A DNA stretch of 51,383 nucleotides from Pirellulales bacterium (GTDB lineage: Bacteria; Planctomycetota; Planctomycetia; Pirellulales; JAICIG01): assembly GCA_040901675.1 (NCBI GenBank), contig JBBDYJ010000034.1, forward strand, positions 48,094-99,476. Direction: 5' to 3'. Every line of letters starts with the position of its first letter. The stretch's first letter is position 1. The notes beneath the pieces are model-generated. The model was not told where the DNA came from. It ran no database searches and was given only the letters and a program-made list of their open reading frames with translations. Shown piece after piece: positions 37,425 through 48,227 of this stretch. The translations under genes were made by a program, and so were the position numbers.

Positions 37425-37755
37425 GGGCGGCGGGCTGCAACCAGGGTCGCGTGGAGCATCGATGGCCAGGCTGGCCCTTCAAATGGTTGAATCATAAAGG
37501 CTTAATGCCAGGCCGCAAGAGCAGCCTCACGGTCGACCTGCGACTCTGCTGTAACTACGCCCTCGACGCGCGCCCGGTTCACCGGCGCGGGGCTTTTCAG
37601 GTTAGCTGGGGTGAATACGGCTCCAGCGGCCTTTGTGTCATCCAGTGCAAGCGGGTATTATTGCGGCAGCCTTCGGCGTGTGAGCAACGGTCGCCGCGGC
37701 GACGGTTCGCGGCGATTTTTGCGGCGGCCAGCGGCCGCGATGAGGATAGCTTTTG

Positions 37756-39180
37756 ATGAGCGAGTGGCGGATCGAGCGGGACTCGATGGGCGAGGTGCGG
37801 GTCCCGGCCCGGGCCTATTACGGCGCCCAGACCCAGCGGGCGGTCGAAAACTTTCCGATCTCCGGTTGGCCCCTGCCGCCGGCCCTGATCCACGCCTTGG
37901 GCCTGGTCAAGTACGCCGCCGCGGTCGCCAACCGCGACCTGGGCAAGCTGACCGGATCGGGCAAGAACCCGCTGGACGACCGCCAGGTGCAGGCCCTGCT
38001 GGATGCCTGCCGCGAAGTGGCCCAGGGCAAGCACGACGGCGAGTTCCCGGTCGACGTCTTTCAGACCGGATCGGGCACGTCGAGCAACATGAATGCCAAC
38101 GAAGTGATCAGCAACCGGGCCGTCGAATTGCTGGGGCTGGATCGCACGTCGGCCCGCAAGCCGATCCACCCGAACGATCACGTGAACATGGGGCAAAGCA
38201 CCAACGACATCTTCCCTACCGCCATCCACGTGGCCGTGGCCGACTCGATCGAGCGGCGGCTGCTGCCGGCGCTGGCGCGGCTGGCTCAATCGCTGGCCCG
38301 CAAGGCGGCCGAGTGGGACTCGATCATCAAGATCGGCCGCACCCACCTGGCCGATGCCACGCCGTTGCGGCTGGGGCAGGAGTTCGGCGGCTTTGCACGC
38401 CAATTGGAGTTGTCGATCGAGCGGGCCCGGCGGGCCCAGCAGGCGGTGCTCGAGCTGCCCGCCGGCGGAACGGCCGTCGGCACGGGCATCAACACGCACC
38501 CCGAGTTCGGCCGGCGGGTGGCCGCCGTTTTGGCCCGGGAAACCGGCATCCCCTTCGTCGAAGCGGCCAACCATTTCGAGGCGAATGCCCAGCGCGACGC
38601 CCTGGTCGAGTGCCACGGCCAGTTGCGCACCATCGCCGCCACCCTGTTCAACGTGGCCAACAACATCCGCTGGCTGGGCTCAGGCCCCCGCTGTGGGTTC
38701 TACGAAGTTCAACTCCCCGATCGGCAGCCGGGCAGCTCCATCATGCCCGGCAAGGTCAACCCCGTGATGTGCGAGAGCCTGATGCAGGTGGCCGCCCGCG
38801 TGATGGGCAACGACCAGACCGTGGCCATCAGCGGCGCCTCGGGAGGGCAGTTTCAACTGAACATCATGATGCCCGTGATGGGCCAGGCCACGTTGGAGAG
38901 CATCGCGCTGTTGGCTTCCGCCGCCAATGCCTTCGTCGATTTCTGCGCGGACGAGATGCAAGCCAACGCCGAGGTCTGCGAGGCTTCGGTCGAAAAAAGC
39001 CTCTCGATGGTGACCAGCCTGAATCCGTACATCGGCTACGAAAAGGCGGCCGCCCTGGCCAAGGAGGCCTTCCAATCAGGAAAAACAATCCGCCAGCTTT
39101 GCGAGGAACAAGGCGTCCTGCCTCCGGAACAGCTCCGAGCGGCCCTGGACCCCTGGAGCATGACCGAGCCCTCGGCCTGA
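37756..39180 (+). CDS. fumC: Class II fumarate hydratase
   Basis: YYGAQTQRA, QTGSGTSSNMN.NEV, HPNDHVN.GQSTND, GSSIMPGKVNP. Confidence 0.95.
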   Translation: MSEWRIERDSMGEVRVPARAYYGAQTQRAVENFPISGWPLPPALIHALGLVKYAAAVANRDLGKLTGSGKNPLDDRQVQALLDACREVAQGKHDGEFPVDVFQTGSGTSSNMNANEVISNRAVELLGLDRTSARKPIHPNDHVNMGQSTNDIFPTAIHVAVADSIERRLLPALARLAQSLARKAAEWDSIIKIGRTHLADATPLRLGQEFGGFARQLELSIERARRAQQAVLELPAGGTAVGTGINTHPEFGRRVAAVLARETGIPFVEAANHFEANAQRDALVECHGQLRTIAATLFNVANNIRWLGSGPRCGFYEVQLPDRQPGSSIMPGKVNPVMCESLMQVAARVMGNDQTVAISGASGGQFQLNIMMPVMGQATLESIALLASAANAFVDFCADEMQANAEVCEASVEKSLSMVTSLNPYIGYEKAAALAKEAFQSGKTIRQLCEEQGVLPPEQLRAALDPWSMTEPSA

Positions 39181-39265
39181 TTTCCAGCGGCCGGCGACAG
39201 ACGACCGCCCCGCAAGCAGGCCGTTTTGCCAGTGGGGTACCCCTTCACCATTTGAGGTCGATCGA

Positions 39266-40378
39266 ATGAATAGCTTGCCCAAGTTGGCTGTCGCAGTCTG
39301 CCGCCTCGTTGCCGTCTGGTTGGCAGCGGCACTCGCCGTCGGCGGTGCCAGCGGCCAGGAGAACGCCACGGCCGATTCCGCGCGGACACTCTTGGAGCAG
39401 GCCTACCGGGCAAGCCATTCGGCCAGAATCGAAGACGATTTTTCTTCCATCATCGAGTTATGCCGGCGGGCACTGGCGAGCGGACCATCCGATCACGACG
39501 AGGCTTACGCCAGGCAATTGACGTCGTGGGGTCATAATCGGCGCGGCGAACTGAGGGCCGACGCCGGCCGCGCCGAGGAAGCCCTGGCCGATTTCGAGCA
39601 GGCGGTGTCGCTGGACGCCACGCGTTGGCGGGCCATTCATAATCGCGGCGTCAGCTATGCCATGGCCGGCAAGTACGACCAGGCCGAGGCCGATTTCAAT
39701 CAGACCATCGAGTTGGAGCCCCGTTATGCCAACGCCTGGTTCAACCGGGGTGAACTGCACTTCCAGCGAGGACAGCTCCAGCCGGCCATCGACGATTACA
39801 ACCAGGCGCTGCGGCTGAAACCCACCGACGCCACTACCTTGACCAGCCGGGGTCATGCCTACTGGGCCCTGGGCAACTTTCGCCTGGCCATGGCCGACTT
39901 GACGCGGGCCATCCGCCTCGACCCGCAAAATGCCCCAGCCCACGTCTATCGTGCCGAGGCGCTGGCCGAGCTGGCGCGCTTCCAGGAGGCCCTCGACGAT
40001 TACCGCCGCGCGCTGGCGATCGACCCCAGATTCGGCCGCGCCTATCAAGGGCTCGCCTGGCTGCTGGCCACCTGCCCCGACGAGCGGTTCCGCAGCCCGC
40101 GCACCGCACTCCAGGCCGCCACCAGGGCCATCGAATTGGAGGGCGACTCCCCGCAATTCCAGTACCTCGACACGCTGGCGGCCTGTCAGGCAGCGGCGGG
40201 CGACTTTAATCGGGCGATCGAGGTCCAGACGCGCGTGCTGGAGCAAGCGGCCGGGCAGCCAGCCGAGGTACTCCAGCCGCTGGTCGATCGGCTTGAACTA
40301 TACCAGCAGGGCCGGGCCTACGTGCGGCCGGCCCTCCGCTCCGAGCCGGTCCGGCAACCCGCGGCGCCGGATCGGTAG
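39266..40378 (+). CDS. Exported TPR-repeat protein
   Basis: Signal peptide; several TPRs; LAWLLATCPD...R, LDTLAA. Confidence 0.9.
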   Translation: MNSLPKLAVAVCRLVAVWLAAALAVGGASGQENATADSARTLLEQAYRASHSARIEDDFSSIIELCRRALASGPSDHDEAYARQLTSWGHNRRGELRADAGRAEEALADFEQAVSLDATRWRAIHNRGVSYAMAGKYDQAEADFNQTIELEPRYANAWFNRGELHFQRGQLQPAIDDYNQALRLKPTDATTLTSRGHAYWALGNFRLAMADLTRAIRLDPQNAPAHVYRAEALAELARFQEALDDYRRALAIDPRFGRAYQGLAWLLATCPDERFRSPRTALQAATRAIELEGDSPQFQYLDTLAACQAAAGDFNRAIEVQTRVLEQAAGQPAEVLQPLVDRLELYQQGRAYVRPALRSEPVRQPAAPDR

Positions 40379-40925
40379 CAACTCACTCTTCGTCCGTGCG
40401 TGTCCAGCTCGGCGCGATTGCAACGCGGCGGCCGCGATTTGCGAGTGCCGATCGGGCCGACCAGTCCACGGTATACCGCTACGGCCGGTGCGGGCTGACG
40501 GACGAGTCGCTTAACAGCTTGCCATGAAGGCAGTTGCATCCGTCGTCCATGGTCCGGATGGTCGCCTGGCGGCTGCGGCCGGGGCGGTTGACGGCGGTGG
40601 TGATCCAATGGTCCGTGTTAGGGCCTTGTTTTATCTTGACCTGTGCGTATGAATTGCCCTTTGCCGGACCGATAAAGTGGCTACGATATGTCATTGGGCT
40701 TACCTACCCTACCGGCCTCGCCACGGCGGTTGCGCTGGGGCGGCTTTGGGCCTGCCGACCGGATCTCCAGTGCGATGAGTTTCCGATGCGGGAGATCCGG
40801 GCTCTTTGGTTTGGGTTGTTGCGTCGGTCTGGCCGTTTGACGCGGAGGCCCGGCGGGCAGGGCGTTTACCAGCGCGCGAACTGCGCACGTTGGTTTTTCT
40901 AGAGTGTTCGTTGGGATGATTTCAG

Positions 40926-43013
40926 ATGGATTTGGCCAGGTTGCGGAACATCGGTATCTCGGCTCACATCGACTCGGGCAAGACCACCCTGAGCGAGCGG
41001 ATCCTCTTCTATGCGGGGCGGATCCACCGCATGCAGGAGGTCAAGGGCGAGGGCGGCGCAACCATGGACTACATGGACCTGGAGCGCGAGCGGGGGATCA
41101 CCATCACCAGCGCCGCCACCACGGTCGAGTGGCACGACCACCGCATCAACCTGATCGACACGCCGGGGCACGTCGACTTTACCGTCGAGGTGGAGCGCAG
41201 CCTGCGCGTGCTGGACGGCGCCATCCTGGTGCTCTGCGCCGTGGGGGGCGTGCAGTCGCAGTCGATGACCGTCGACCGCCAGATGAAGCGGTATCACGTG
41301 CCGCGGCTGGCTTTCATCAACAAGATGGACCGCACCGGCTCCGATTTCCGCCGCGTGGTCAAGCAGCTCCACGAAAAGCTGGACTGCGAGGCCGTGCTGA
41401 TGCAATTGCCCATCGGCAAGGAAGACCACTTCGAGGGAGTGATCGACCTGGTGAGCCGGACGGCTCTGTACTTCGACGGCGCCAGTGGCGAGAGCGTCCG
41501 CCGTGAACCGATTCCCGCTGCCCTGGCGGCCGAGGCGGCGGCGGCCCGCCAGGTGATGCTCGAAGCCCTGGCCATGTACAGCGACGAAATGATGGAGCTG
41601 CTTCTGGCCGAGGAGGAGGTGCCCCAGGAGCTGATCCACTCGGTGGTCCGGGCCGCCGTGCAGGGGCAGGGGCTGACGCCCGTGTTCATGGGGACGGCCT
41701 ACCGCAACAAGGGCGTGCAGCCCTTATTGGACGCCGTGGTGCGCTATCTTCCCTCACCGCTGGAGCGGACCGTGTCGGCCAAGCAGCATTCGGACGCCAG
41801 CCAGCAGTTTCCGCTCGCGCCCGATCCGGCCAAGCCGTTCGTGGGCATGGCGTTCAAGATCGTGGACGATCCGTACGGGCAGCTCACTTTCATGCGGGTT
41901 TACCAGGGGTCGATCAGCAAGGGCGAGACGTACTTCAATCAGCGGACCGGGCAGAAGCAGCGTTTCAGCCGGATCGTGCGGATGCACGCCGACAAGCGCG
42001 AAGAGATCGACACGGCCGAGGCGGGCGACATCGTGGCGGTGATGGGCGTGGACTGCGCCAGCGGCGACACCTACGCCTCGCAGTACAAGTACTGCACGCT
42101 GGAGAACATGTTCGTGCCCGAGCCGGTGATCAAGATGGCGATCAGCCCGCTCATCCGCGACGGGGCCGACCGCCTGGGCAAGGCCCTGCACCGCTTCATG
42201 AAGGAAGATCCCACCTTTCGCGTGGCGACCGACGAGGAAACCGGCGAGACCTTGATTGCCGGCATGGGCGAGCTGCACCTCGATATCTACGTCGAGCGGA
42301 TTCGCCGCGAGTACAAGGTCGAGGTGGAGGTCGGCGCGCCGAAGGTCAGTTACCGCGAGGCGCCGACCAAGGAAGCCGAGTACAACTTCAAGCACAAGAA
42401 GCAGACCGGCGGGTCGGGCCAGTACGCGCACATCGTCGGCCGCTTCCAGCCGCTCACCGAGGAGGCCGAGGAGGTCTTCGAGTTCGAGGACAACGTGGTG
42501 GGAGGCCGCATCCCCAAGGAGTACATCCCTTCGGTCGAGAAGGGTTTCCGCGAATCGCTGCACAAGGGCCCCCTGGCCGGGTATCCGATCGTGGGGGTCA
42601 AGACGCTCCTGGAGGACGGCTCGTATCACGACGTCGACAGCTCGGACATGGCTTTCCAGATTTGCGCCCGCAACTGTTTCCGCGAGACGTTTCTCAAGAT
42701 GAAGCCCGTGCTGTTGGAGCCGGTGATGAAGATCGAGGTGGAGGTGCCCACCGCCTTCCAGGGTTCGGTGGCCGGCGAGTTGACCAGCCGGCGCGGCATG
42801 ATCGTGGCCACCGAGGTGCTCGGCGCCACGGCCACGATCGAGGCCGAGGTGCCGCTGGCCGAGACCTTCGGTTACTCGACCGACCTGCGCAGCATGACGC
42901 AGGGCCAGGGTACGTTCACCATGGAGTTCGCCAAGTACCGCCGCGTACCGGCCAGCATCCAGGAGACGATCATCGCCGACAAGAAGAAGGCCGCTCTCGT
43001 CGGCGCCAAGTAA
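40926..43013 (+). CDS. fusA: Elongation factor G (spdEFG1/mtEFG1-like)
   Basis: AHIDSGKTT, RGITI, DTPGH, NKMD, GMGELHL, KKQTGGSGQY. Confidence 0.97.
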   Translation: MDLARLRNIGISAHIDSGKTTLSERILFYAGRIHRMQEVKGEGGATMDYMDLERERGITITSAATTVEWHDHRINLIDTPGHVDFTVEVERSLRVLDGAILVLCAVGGVQSQSMTVDRQMKRYHVPRLAFINKMDRTGSDFRRVVKQLHEKLDCEAVLMQLPIGKEDHFEGVIDLVSRTALYFDGASGESVRREPIPAALAAEAAAARQVMLEALAMYSDEMMELLLAEEEVPQELIHSVVRAAVQGQGLTPVFMGTAYRNKGVQPLLDAVVRYLPSPLERTVSAKQHSDASQQFPLAPDPAKPFVGMAFKIVDDPYGQLTFMRVYQGSISKGETYFNQRTGQKQRFSRIVRMHADKREEIDTAEAGDIVAVMGVDCASGDTYASQYKYCTLENMFVPEPVIKMAISPLIRDGADRLGKALHRFMKEDPTFRVATDEETGETLIAGMGELHLDIYVERIRREYKVEVEVGAPKVSYREAPTKEAEYNFKHKKQTGGSGQYAHIVGRFQPLTEEAEEVFEFEDNVVGGRIPKEYIPSVEKGFRESLHKGPLAGYPIVGVKTLLEDGSYHDVDSSDMAFQICARNCFRETFLKMKPVLLEPVMKIEVEVPTAFQGSVAGELTSRRGMIVATEVLGATATIEAEVPLAETFGYSTDLRSMTQGQGTFTMEFAKYRRVPASIQETIIADKKKAALVGAK

Positions 43014-43021
43014 AGCGTGCT

Positions 43022-43063
43022 CCACTCGCTCCGCGGAAAGTGCTCCACTCGCTCCGCGAGTGG
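43022..43063. repeat. REP-like palindrome CCACTCGC-TCC-GCGAGTGG (one partial, one full)
   Basis: Same element recurs at 50944 and 50980. Confidence 0.75.
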
Positions 43064-43105
43064 CCTCGGCAGTTCCACTGCCAGCCCACGAAGTGGGCGC
43101 GCATG

Positions 43106-43172
43106 AAAAAAGGGGATAAGTCCAATTTAACGCTGGGCGATGCTTCAATCAATTGGACTTATCCCCTTTTTT
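43106..43172. terminator. 22-bp perfect inverted repeat (bidirectional terminator or MITE-like)
   Basis: AAAAAAGGGGATAAGTCCAATT-N23-AATTGGACTTATCCCCTTTTTT between convergent genes. Confidence 0.65.
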
Positions 43173-43233
43173 CCTTATCCCTTTTTTCAGGTTCGAAGGG
43201 ACCGGCATTGTAGGGGTTGATCTCGTCGGTCAT
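43159..43233 (-). pseudogene. 5' remnant of a second YcxB-like gene
   Basis: MTDEINPYNA versus neighbour MADDINPYRA; ATGA overlap; stops inside the inverted repeat. Confidence 0.5.
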
Positions 43234-43853
43234 CGCATGAACGTGGGAAGTGCAAGCGCCTGTTCGTGAAACCGCCGCGCCGTGGCGATGAAGGCCTCAA
43301 AGTGGGCCTGGCTGCCAAAGGCGCGCTGGGGAATCGCTAGCCCTTCGTTCGTGCCAATGTAGACGATCGCATGCTCGGCAGCCTGGTCGATCTTGTGGAT
43401 TGCGGGCCATTTCCAGAAGGCCTCGGCCAACTCGGACCGGTGGCGGACGCCGTCGGGATCGAGCCAGACTTGCCGCGGCCCCAGCAGTCTTCGGTTGGCG
43501 TCGTCGGCGTAATGCCGCTGAAAGGTGGTCGCCAGGCTGCGCCGCACGTTCCTGCGGCTTCCAAGAGACAGCAGCCCGACTCCTCCCATTGCGATGGCGC
43601 CCGCGAGGACGAGCAGCCCGTCAAACCAAAAGCAGGCGGCCCCCAGCGCGAGAAACAAGCATCCGACCAGCCGAGAGACTCGGCGGCCCCGGGCGACGAC
43701 TGGCGAGACGAGATAGTGATGCCAGTGGAACGCGATGACGTCGTCGATCTCCAGCGAAAACGCCACGGACATCGGCGAACCAACCGCCGCCGCATCCGGC
43801 TCGGAAACCGGGACCACCGGGGCGGCGCGGTAGGGGTTGATGTCGTCGGCCAT
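43230..43853 (-). CDS. YcxB-family membrane protein
   Basis: NPY motif, two TMs, C-terminal W..I.....IPQRAF domain. Confidence 0.75.
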   Translation of the reverse strand: MADDINPYRAAPVVPVSEPDAAAVGSPMSVAFSLEIDDVIAFHWHHYLVSPVVARGRRVSRLVGCLFLALGAACFWFDGLLVLAGAIAMGGVGLLSLGSRRNVRRSLATTFQRHYADDANRRLLGPRQVWLDPDGVRHRSELAEAFWKWPAIHKIDQAAEHAIVYIGTNEGLAIPQRAFGSQAHFEAFIATARRFHEQALALPTFMR

Positions 43854-44144
43854 CCGTCCAATGTACAGGCCACGCACCATAGCAGGCCACGCAACCGCGT
43901 TGCCGCGGGCCTGACGCCGCCGGCAAGCCGCAAACCCGTCAAAAACGGCCCGATTCCAGGTGAACCCTGGCTAGGCCGGTTCACTCCACTGGAACCTGCC
44001 TTAATGACAGCAGCGGAGCGACAAGCCCAGGCTCTCCAAAACTCCCATTTTCTCTTGGCTGGCAAAACAATCCATGCTACAAGGAAGTAAGGTATAAGGG
44101 CTTACGATGCGATGCCAGCGACTGCCCAGCCGCTGACCGGCATT

Positions 44145-44160
44145 TGGTACTCGAATTGCT
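44145..44160 (+). promoter_or_regulatory. Putative sigma54 promoter
   Basis: TGGTAC-N5-TTGCT. Confidence 0.55.
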
Positions 44161-44252
44161 GCTCGTGAGTGGGGGGCCTCCCAGCACCGACGAATCGAGG
44201 AGTGCAACGCTTTTCCGGCATTGGATGCTCGTCGAGTCGGGTGGGGGGCCAG

Positions 44253-44681
44253 ATGAAAGCCGAAGCCATGTTGCCTTCGATCCTCATCACCGACGACGAC
44301 CGCGATTTTCGCGAGACGCTGCGCGGCGTCTTCGAGCCGCAAGGGTTCCGCACGCTGCTGGCCGGCGACGGGGATGAGGCCCTCGACATTGTCCGCCGCG
44401 AGGACGTGCACCTGCTGCTCTTGGACATGCACATGCCCCGGTTGACGGGCCTGGAAACGCTGCGCCTCGTCAAGCAGTTCAAGTCCCGGCTGCCTTGCAT
44501 CCTGCTCTCGGCCAACGCCGACGCAATTCTGGTCGAGCAGGCCATGCGGGCCGACGCCTTCTCCTTCCTCTCCAAGCCGGTCACGCGGCAGAAGATCACC
44601 ACCACGGTCTGGCTGGCCCTGCGGGGCACCTACAACTGGCCCGAATTCTGGCGCTCTGGGCCTACGACTGAAAACGGCTAG
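44253..44681 (+). CDS. Single-domain response regulator
   Basis: [25 protein letters not shown]. Confidence 0.9.
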   Translation: MKAEAMLPSILITDDDRDFRETLRGVFEPQGFRTLLAGDGDEALDIVRREDVHLLLLDMHMPRLTGLETLRLVKQFKSRLPCILLSANADAILVEQAMRADAFSFLSKPVTRQKITTTVWLALRGTYNWPEFWRSGPTTENG

Positions 44682-46825
44682 AGCGCCTCGTCCATCGGCC
44701 GGCGCAGCTCCTCGCGCCCTTCGTCGGCTGTCTCGGGTGTCTCCTTGAGTGCTCGTTTGCGCCCGCCGGTGGTGCCGGGCACGAGCTGCGGAGTGGGCGA
44801 ATGATCTTCGATGATCTGCCGCAGCTCGTCGGCGTCGATCACCTCCCGCTCGATCAGCCGCTCCGCCAGGCCGACCAGGGCCGGCCGGCGGGCCCCAAGA
44901 ATCTGGCGCACCTTTTCGATCGCTTCCTCGATGATGCGGCCCACCTCCTCGTCGATTTCGCGGGCCGTTTGTTCGCTGTGACTCCGCTCGCGGGCCAGTT
45001 CGTTGCCGCCGGTCAGAAAAGGCGAGCGGGAGTTTTCACGGAAATTGACCCGCCCCAGCCGGCTCATGCCGTAGTCCATCACCATGCTGCGGGCGATCTC
45101 GCTGGCCCGCTCCAGATCGTTCTGCGCGCCGGTCGATACATCCTGGAAGACCATTTCCTCGGCCAGCGTCCCGGCCAGCAACACCTGGATGCGGCTTTCC
45201 AGCTCGCCCTGGGTCATCAGGTAACGGTCGCCCTCGGGCCGCTGCATCATGTAGCCCAGGGCGCCCAGCCCACGCGGGATGATCGACACCTTGTGCACCG
45301 GGTCGGTGTTGGGCAGGCTGTAGGCCACCAGGGCATGGCCGCTTTCGTGGTAGGCCACCCGCTGCTTTTCGTCCTCGTGGATGATCCGCTGTTTCTTTTC
45401 CAACCCCGCCGTGACGCGCTCGACCCCCTCGTTGAACTCCTCCATGCCGACGGCGGGTTTCCCCTTGCGCGCGGCCAGCAGGGCCGCCTCGTTGACCAGG
45501 TTGGCCAGGTCCGCGCCGACAAAGCCCGACGTGATGCCGGCCACGTCCTTCAACAGCACCGTGCTGTCGAGCTTGACGTTCTGCACGTGCACGTCGAGGA
45601 TCTTTTCCCGCCCCCGCACGTCGGGCCGGTCGACCAGCACGTGCCGGTCGAAGCGGCCGGGACGCAGCAAGGCCGGATCGAGCGTCTCCGGCCGGTTGGT
45701 GGCGGCCATCACGATCACGCCGCTGTTGGAGCCGAAACCGTCCATTTCCACCAGCAGGGCGTTGAGGGTCTGCTCGCGTTCGTCGTGCCCCCCCACGATG
45801 CTGGTTCCGCGGGTCTTGCCCAGGGCGTCCAGTTCGTCGATGAAGATAATGCAAGGCGCCTTGGCCTCGGCCTGCTGGAACATGTCGCGGACGCGGGCAG
45901 CGCCGACGCCCACGAACATCTCGACAAAATCGGATCCGGACAGGCTGAAGAAGGGAACTCCGGCCTCGCCGGCGATGGCTTTGGCCAGCAGCGTCTTGCC
46001 GGTTCCCGGCGGGCCCACCAGCAACAGGCCCTTGGGGATGCGGCCCCCCAGCACCTGATATTTCTCGGGCGTGCGGAGGAACTCCACCACCTCGCGCAGC
46101 TCCTCGACCGCCTCGTCAACGCCGGCCACGTCCTCGAACGTGACGCCAATGTCCTCCTGGGCGTACATTTTGCCTCGGCTGCGCCCGAAGGCCATCGGCG
46201 AGCCGGCGCCGCCGAACCGCCGCAGCACGAACACGAAGAACAGCACGACCAGCACGAAGAACAACAACAGCGGAAAGTAGTCGCGCAGCCGGCTGGGGGC
46301 GAACTCCGCCCGAACCTTGGTGAAGCCGTTCTCCTTCAGCAGGTTCATCAGCGCGCCGTTATCGTCCGCAAATCCAAGCCGCCCACTGCGAAAACCGACC
46401 TGCTTAGGCTCGTCCTTGGGAGCGGACGGCTCGACCTGGCTGGTCTCCGCTTGGCTCGTCTTGGAACTGGGCGGCTCGGGGAGCAACTGCTGCAGCACCT
46501 TGCCGCTGATCTCGGTCTGGCCGACCTTCAACTCCGACAGGTTCGAGTAGCGAACTTTGCGGCGCTTGCCTTCGCTCCCCTCGACGACCTCGATGTACAT
46601 TGTCTCGCGCTGCTTCTCATCGAAGCGGGGGTCCTCGGGGTTCCCCTTCTCGATCAACCGCATCAGTTCCAGGTACGGGATGTCGGCCTCGGGTTTGCCG
46701 GTCAGCAGGGTTACCAGCAGCGTCACCCCGATGCCCACGGCCAGAAAGTACCAAACCATGTTGGTGCCGACGGGCGGGGTCTTTTTCTCGGCCGGTTTGC
46801 GGTTCGGTTCGTTTTTTGTTTCCAT
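44678..46825 (-). CDS. ftsH: ATP-dependent zinc metalloprotease FtsH
   Basis: Two TMs, [30 protein letters not shown]. Confidence 0.97.
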   Translation of the reverse strand: METKNEPNRKPAEKKTPPVGTNMVWYFLAVGIGVTLLVTLLTGKPEADIPYLELMRLIEKGNPEDPRFDEKQRETMYIEVVEGSEGKRRKVRYSNLSELKVGQTEISGKVLQQLLPEPPSSKTSQAETSQVEPSAPKDEPKQVGFRSGRLGFADDNGALMNLLKENGFTKVRAEFAPSRLRDYFPLLLFFVLVVLFFVFVLRRFGGAGSPMAFGRSRGKMYAQEDIGVTFEDVAGVDEAVEELREVVEFLRTPEKYQVLGGRIPKGLLLVGPPGTGKTLLAKAIAGEAGVPFFSLSGSDFVEMFVGVGAARVRDMFQQAEAKAPCIIFIDELDALGKTRGTSIVGGHDEREQTLNALLVEMDGFGSNSGVIVMAATNRPETLDPALLRPGRFDRHVLVDRPDVRGREKILDVHVQNVKLDSTVLLKDVAGITSGFVGADLANLVNEAALLAARKGKPAVGMEEFNEGVERVTAGLEKKQRIIHEDEKQRVAYHESGHALVAYSLPNTDPVHKVSIIPRGLGALGYMMQRPEGDRYLMTQGELESRIQVLLAGTLAEEMVFQDVSTGAQNDLERASEIARSMVMDYGMSRLGRVNFRENSRSPFLTGGNELARERSHSEQTAREIDEEVGRIIEEAIEKVRQILGARRPALVGLAERLIEREVIDADELRQIIEDHSPTPQLVPGTTGGRKRALKETPETADEGREELRRPMDEAL

Positions 46826-47063
46826 ACTGATTCAGGAGGCCAAAAAAGAAGCAAGACTTCTCATACTATGCCCTTACCATGGAGGATACAACGCCCTCAC
46901 GCGGCCGCTGGGGCGCACCGCGGCGACCCGCAAAGCCGGGTTGTTTCGTTTTGCAGGCCCTCTTAGAATGCCAACCGTCGCTCGAAACCTATGCGCAGTG
47001 AGGCATTAGCGCCGCCAGCCGGCACGCCCGGTCCTGTCCAGCCGTGGATGCTCCTCCCATCAA

Positions 47064-48227
47064 ATGAGCCACTCCGTCACCCAGGTCGCCGTACTCGGCT
47101 CAACCGGCAGCATCGGCACCAGCGCCCTGGAAGTGATCGCCGCCCATCCCCAGCGGCTCAGAGTCGTGGGCCTTTCGGCCCATTCTAATTTGCGACGGCT
47201 GGAGCAGCAGGCTCTGGACACGCGACCACGCTGGCTGGCGGCCACCGACGCGGCCGCGGCACGGGCGTATCCCTGGTCTCAGTTGGGCGACAGCGTAGAA
47301 TTGCTGGTCGGGCCGGAAGGACTCGAAGCCGCCGTGGGCCGCCCCGAAGTCGACCTCGTGTTGGCGGCCATCGTGGGCAGCGCCGGGCTGCGGAGCACCT
47401 GGGCCGCATTGGAGGCGGGAAAAACGGTCGCGCTGGCCAACAAGGAAACATTGGTGATGGCCGGTCCGCTGGCGATGGACCTGGCCCAGCGCCGTGGGGC
47501 GCGGATCATTCCGGTCGACAGCGAGCACAGCGCGGTGTTCCAGGCCTTGCAGGCGGGGCGCCGCGAGGAAGTTCGGCGGATCGTGCTGACGGCCAGCGGC
47601 GGACCTTTTCGCAAGTACAGCCGCCGGCAACTGGAGCAAGTAACGGTAGCCGACGCCCTGGTGCACCCCACCTGGGAGATGGGGCCGAAGATTACGGTCG
47701 ACTCGGCTACCATGATGAACAAGGCCCTGGAGATCATCGAGGCCCGCTGGCTGTTTGGCCTGGAAGTGGATCAGATTGGCGTGGTGATTCACCCGCAGTC
47801 GGTGGTGCACTCCTTGGTTGAGTTCGTCGACGGCTCGCTGGTGGCACAACTTAGCCCGCCCGACATGAAGCTGCCCATTCAATATGCCCTGACCTGGCCC
47901 GACCGGCTGCCTGGAGTGGCCGAGAAGCTCGATTGGGACCAGGCGTGGTCGCTGGAGTTCGAGCCGGCCGATTTCGACCAGTTCCCGGCCTTGGAGCTGG
48001 GGCTGGAAGCGGCCCGGACCGGCGGAACCACGGGGGCCGTGCTCAACGCGGCCAACGAAGCGGCCGTGGCCTCGTTTTTGGCAGGCGACTTGAAGTTTAC
48101 CGAGATCGTGCCGGCCTGCCGGGGCGTCCTCGAACACCATCACTTTGACCCGCGCCCGACGCTGGACCAGTTGATCGAGCTGGATGGTTGGGCGCGCCGG
48201 GAGGTATCGCGTTGGGTTTGCACTTGA
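47064..48227 (+). CDS. dxr: 1-deoxy-D-xylulose-5-phosphate reductoisomerase
   Basis: LGSTGSIG, LANKE, PVDSEH, TASGGPF, WEMGPKITVDSAT. Confidence 0.97.
   Translation: MSHSVTQVAVLGSTGSIGTSALEVIAAHPQRLRVVGLSAHSNLRRLEQQALDTRPRWLAATDAAAARAYPWSQLGDSVELLVGPEGLEAAVGRPEVDLVLAAIVGSAGLRSTWAALEAGKTVALANKETLVMAGPLAMDLAQRRGARIIPVDSEHSAVFQALQAGRREEVRRIVLTASGGPFRKYSRRQLEQVTVADALVHPTWEMGPKITVDSATMMNKALEIIEARWLFGLEVDQIGVVIHPQSVVHSLVEFVDGSLVAQLSPPDMKLPIQYALTWPDRLPGVAEKLDWDQAWSLEFEPADFDQFPALELGLEAARTGGTTGAVLNAANEAAVASFLAGDLKFTEIVPACRGVLEHHHFDPRPTLDQLIELDGWARREVSRWVCT

Noticed and set aside
40380..40925. ncRNA, riboswitch or small CDS upstream of fusA
   Set aside because: No recognisable RNA motif; ORFs lack convincing features
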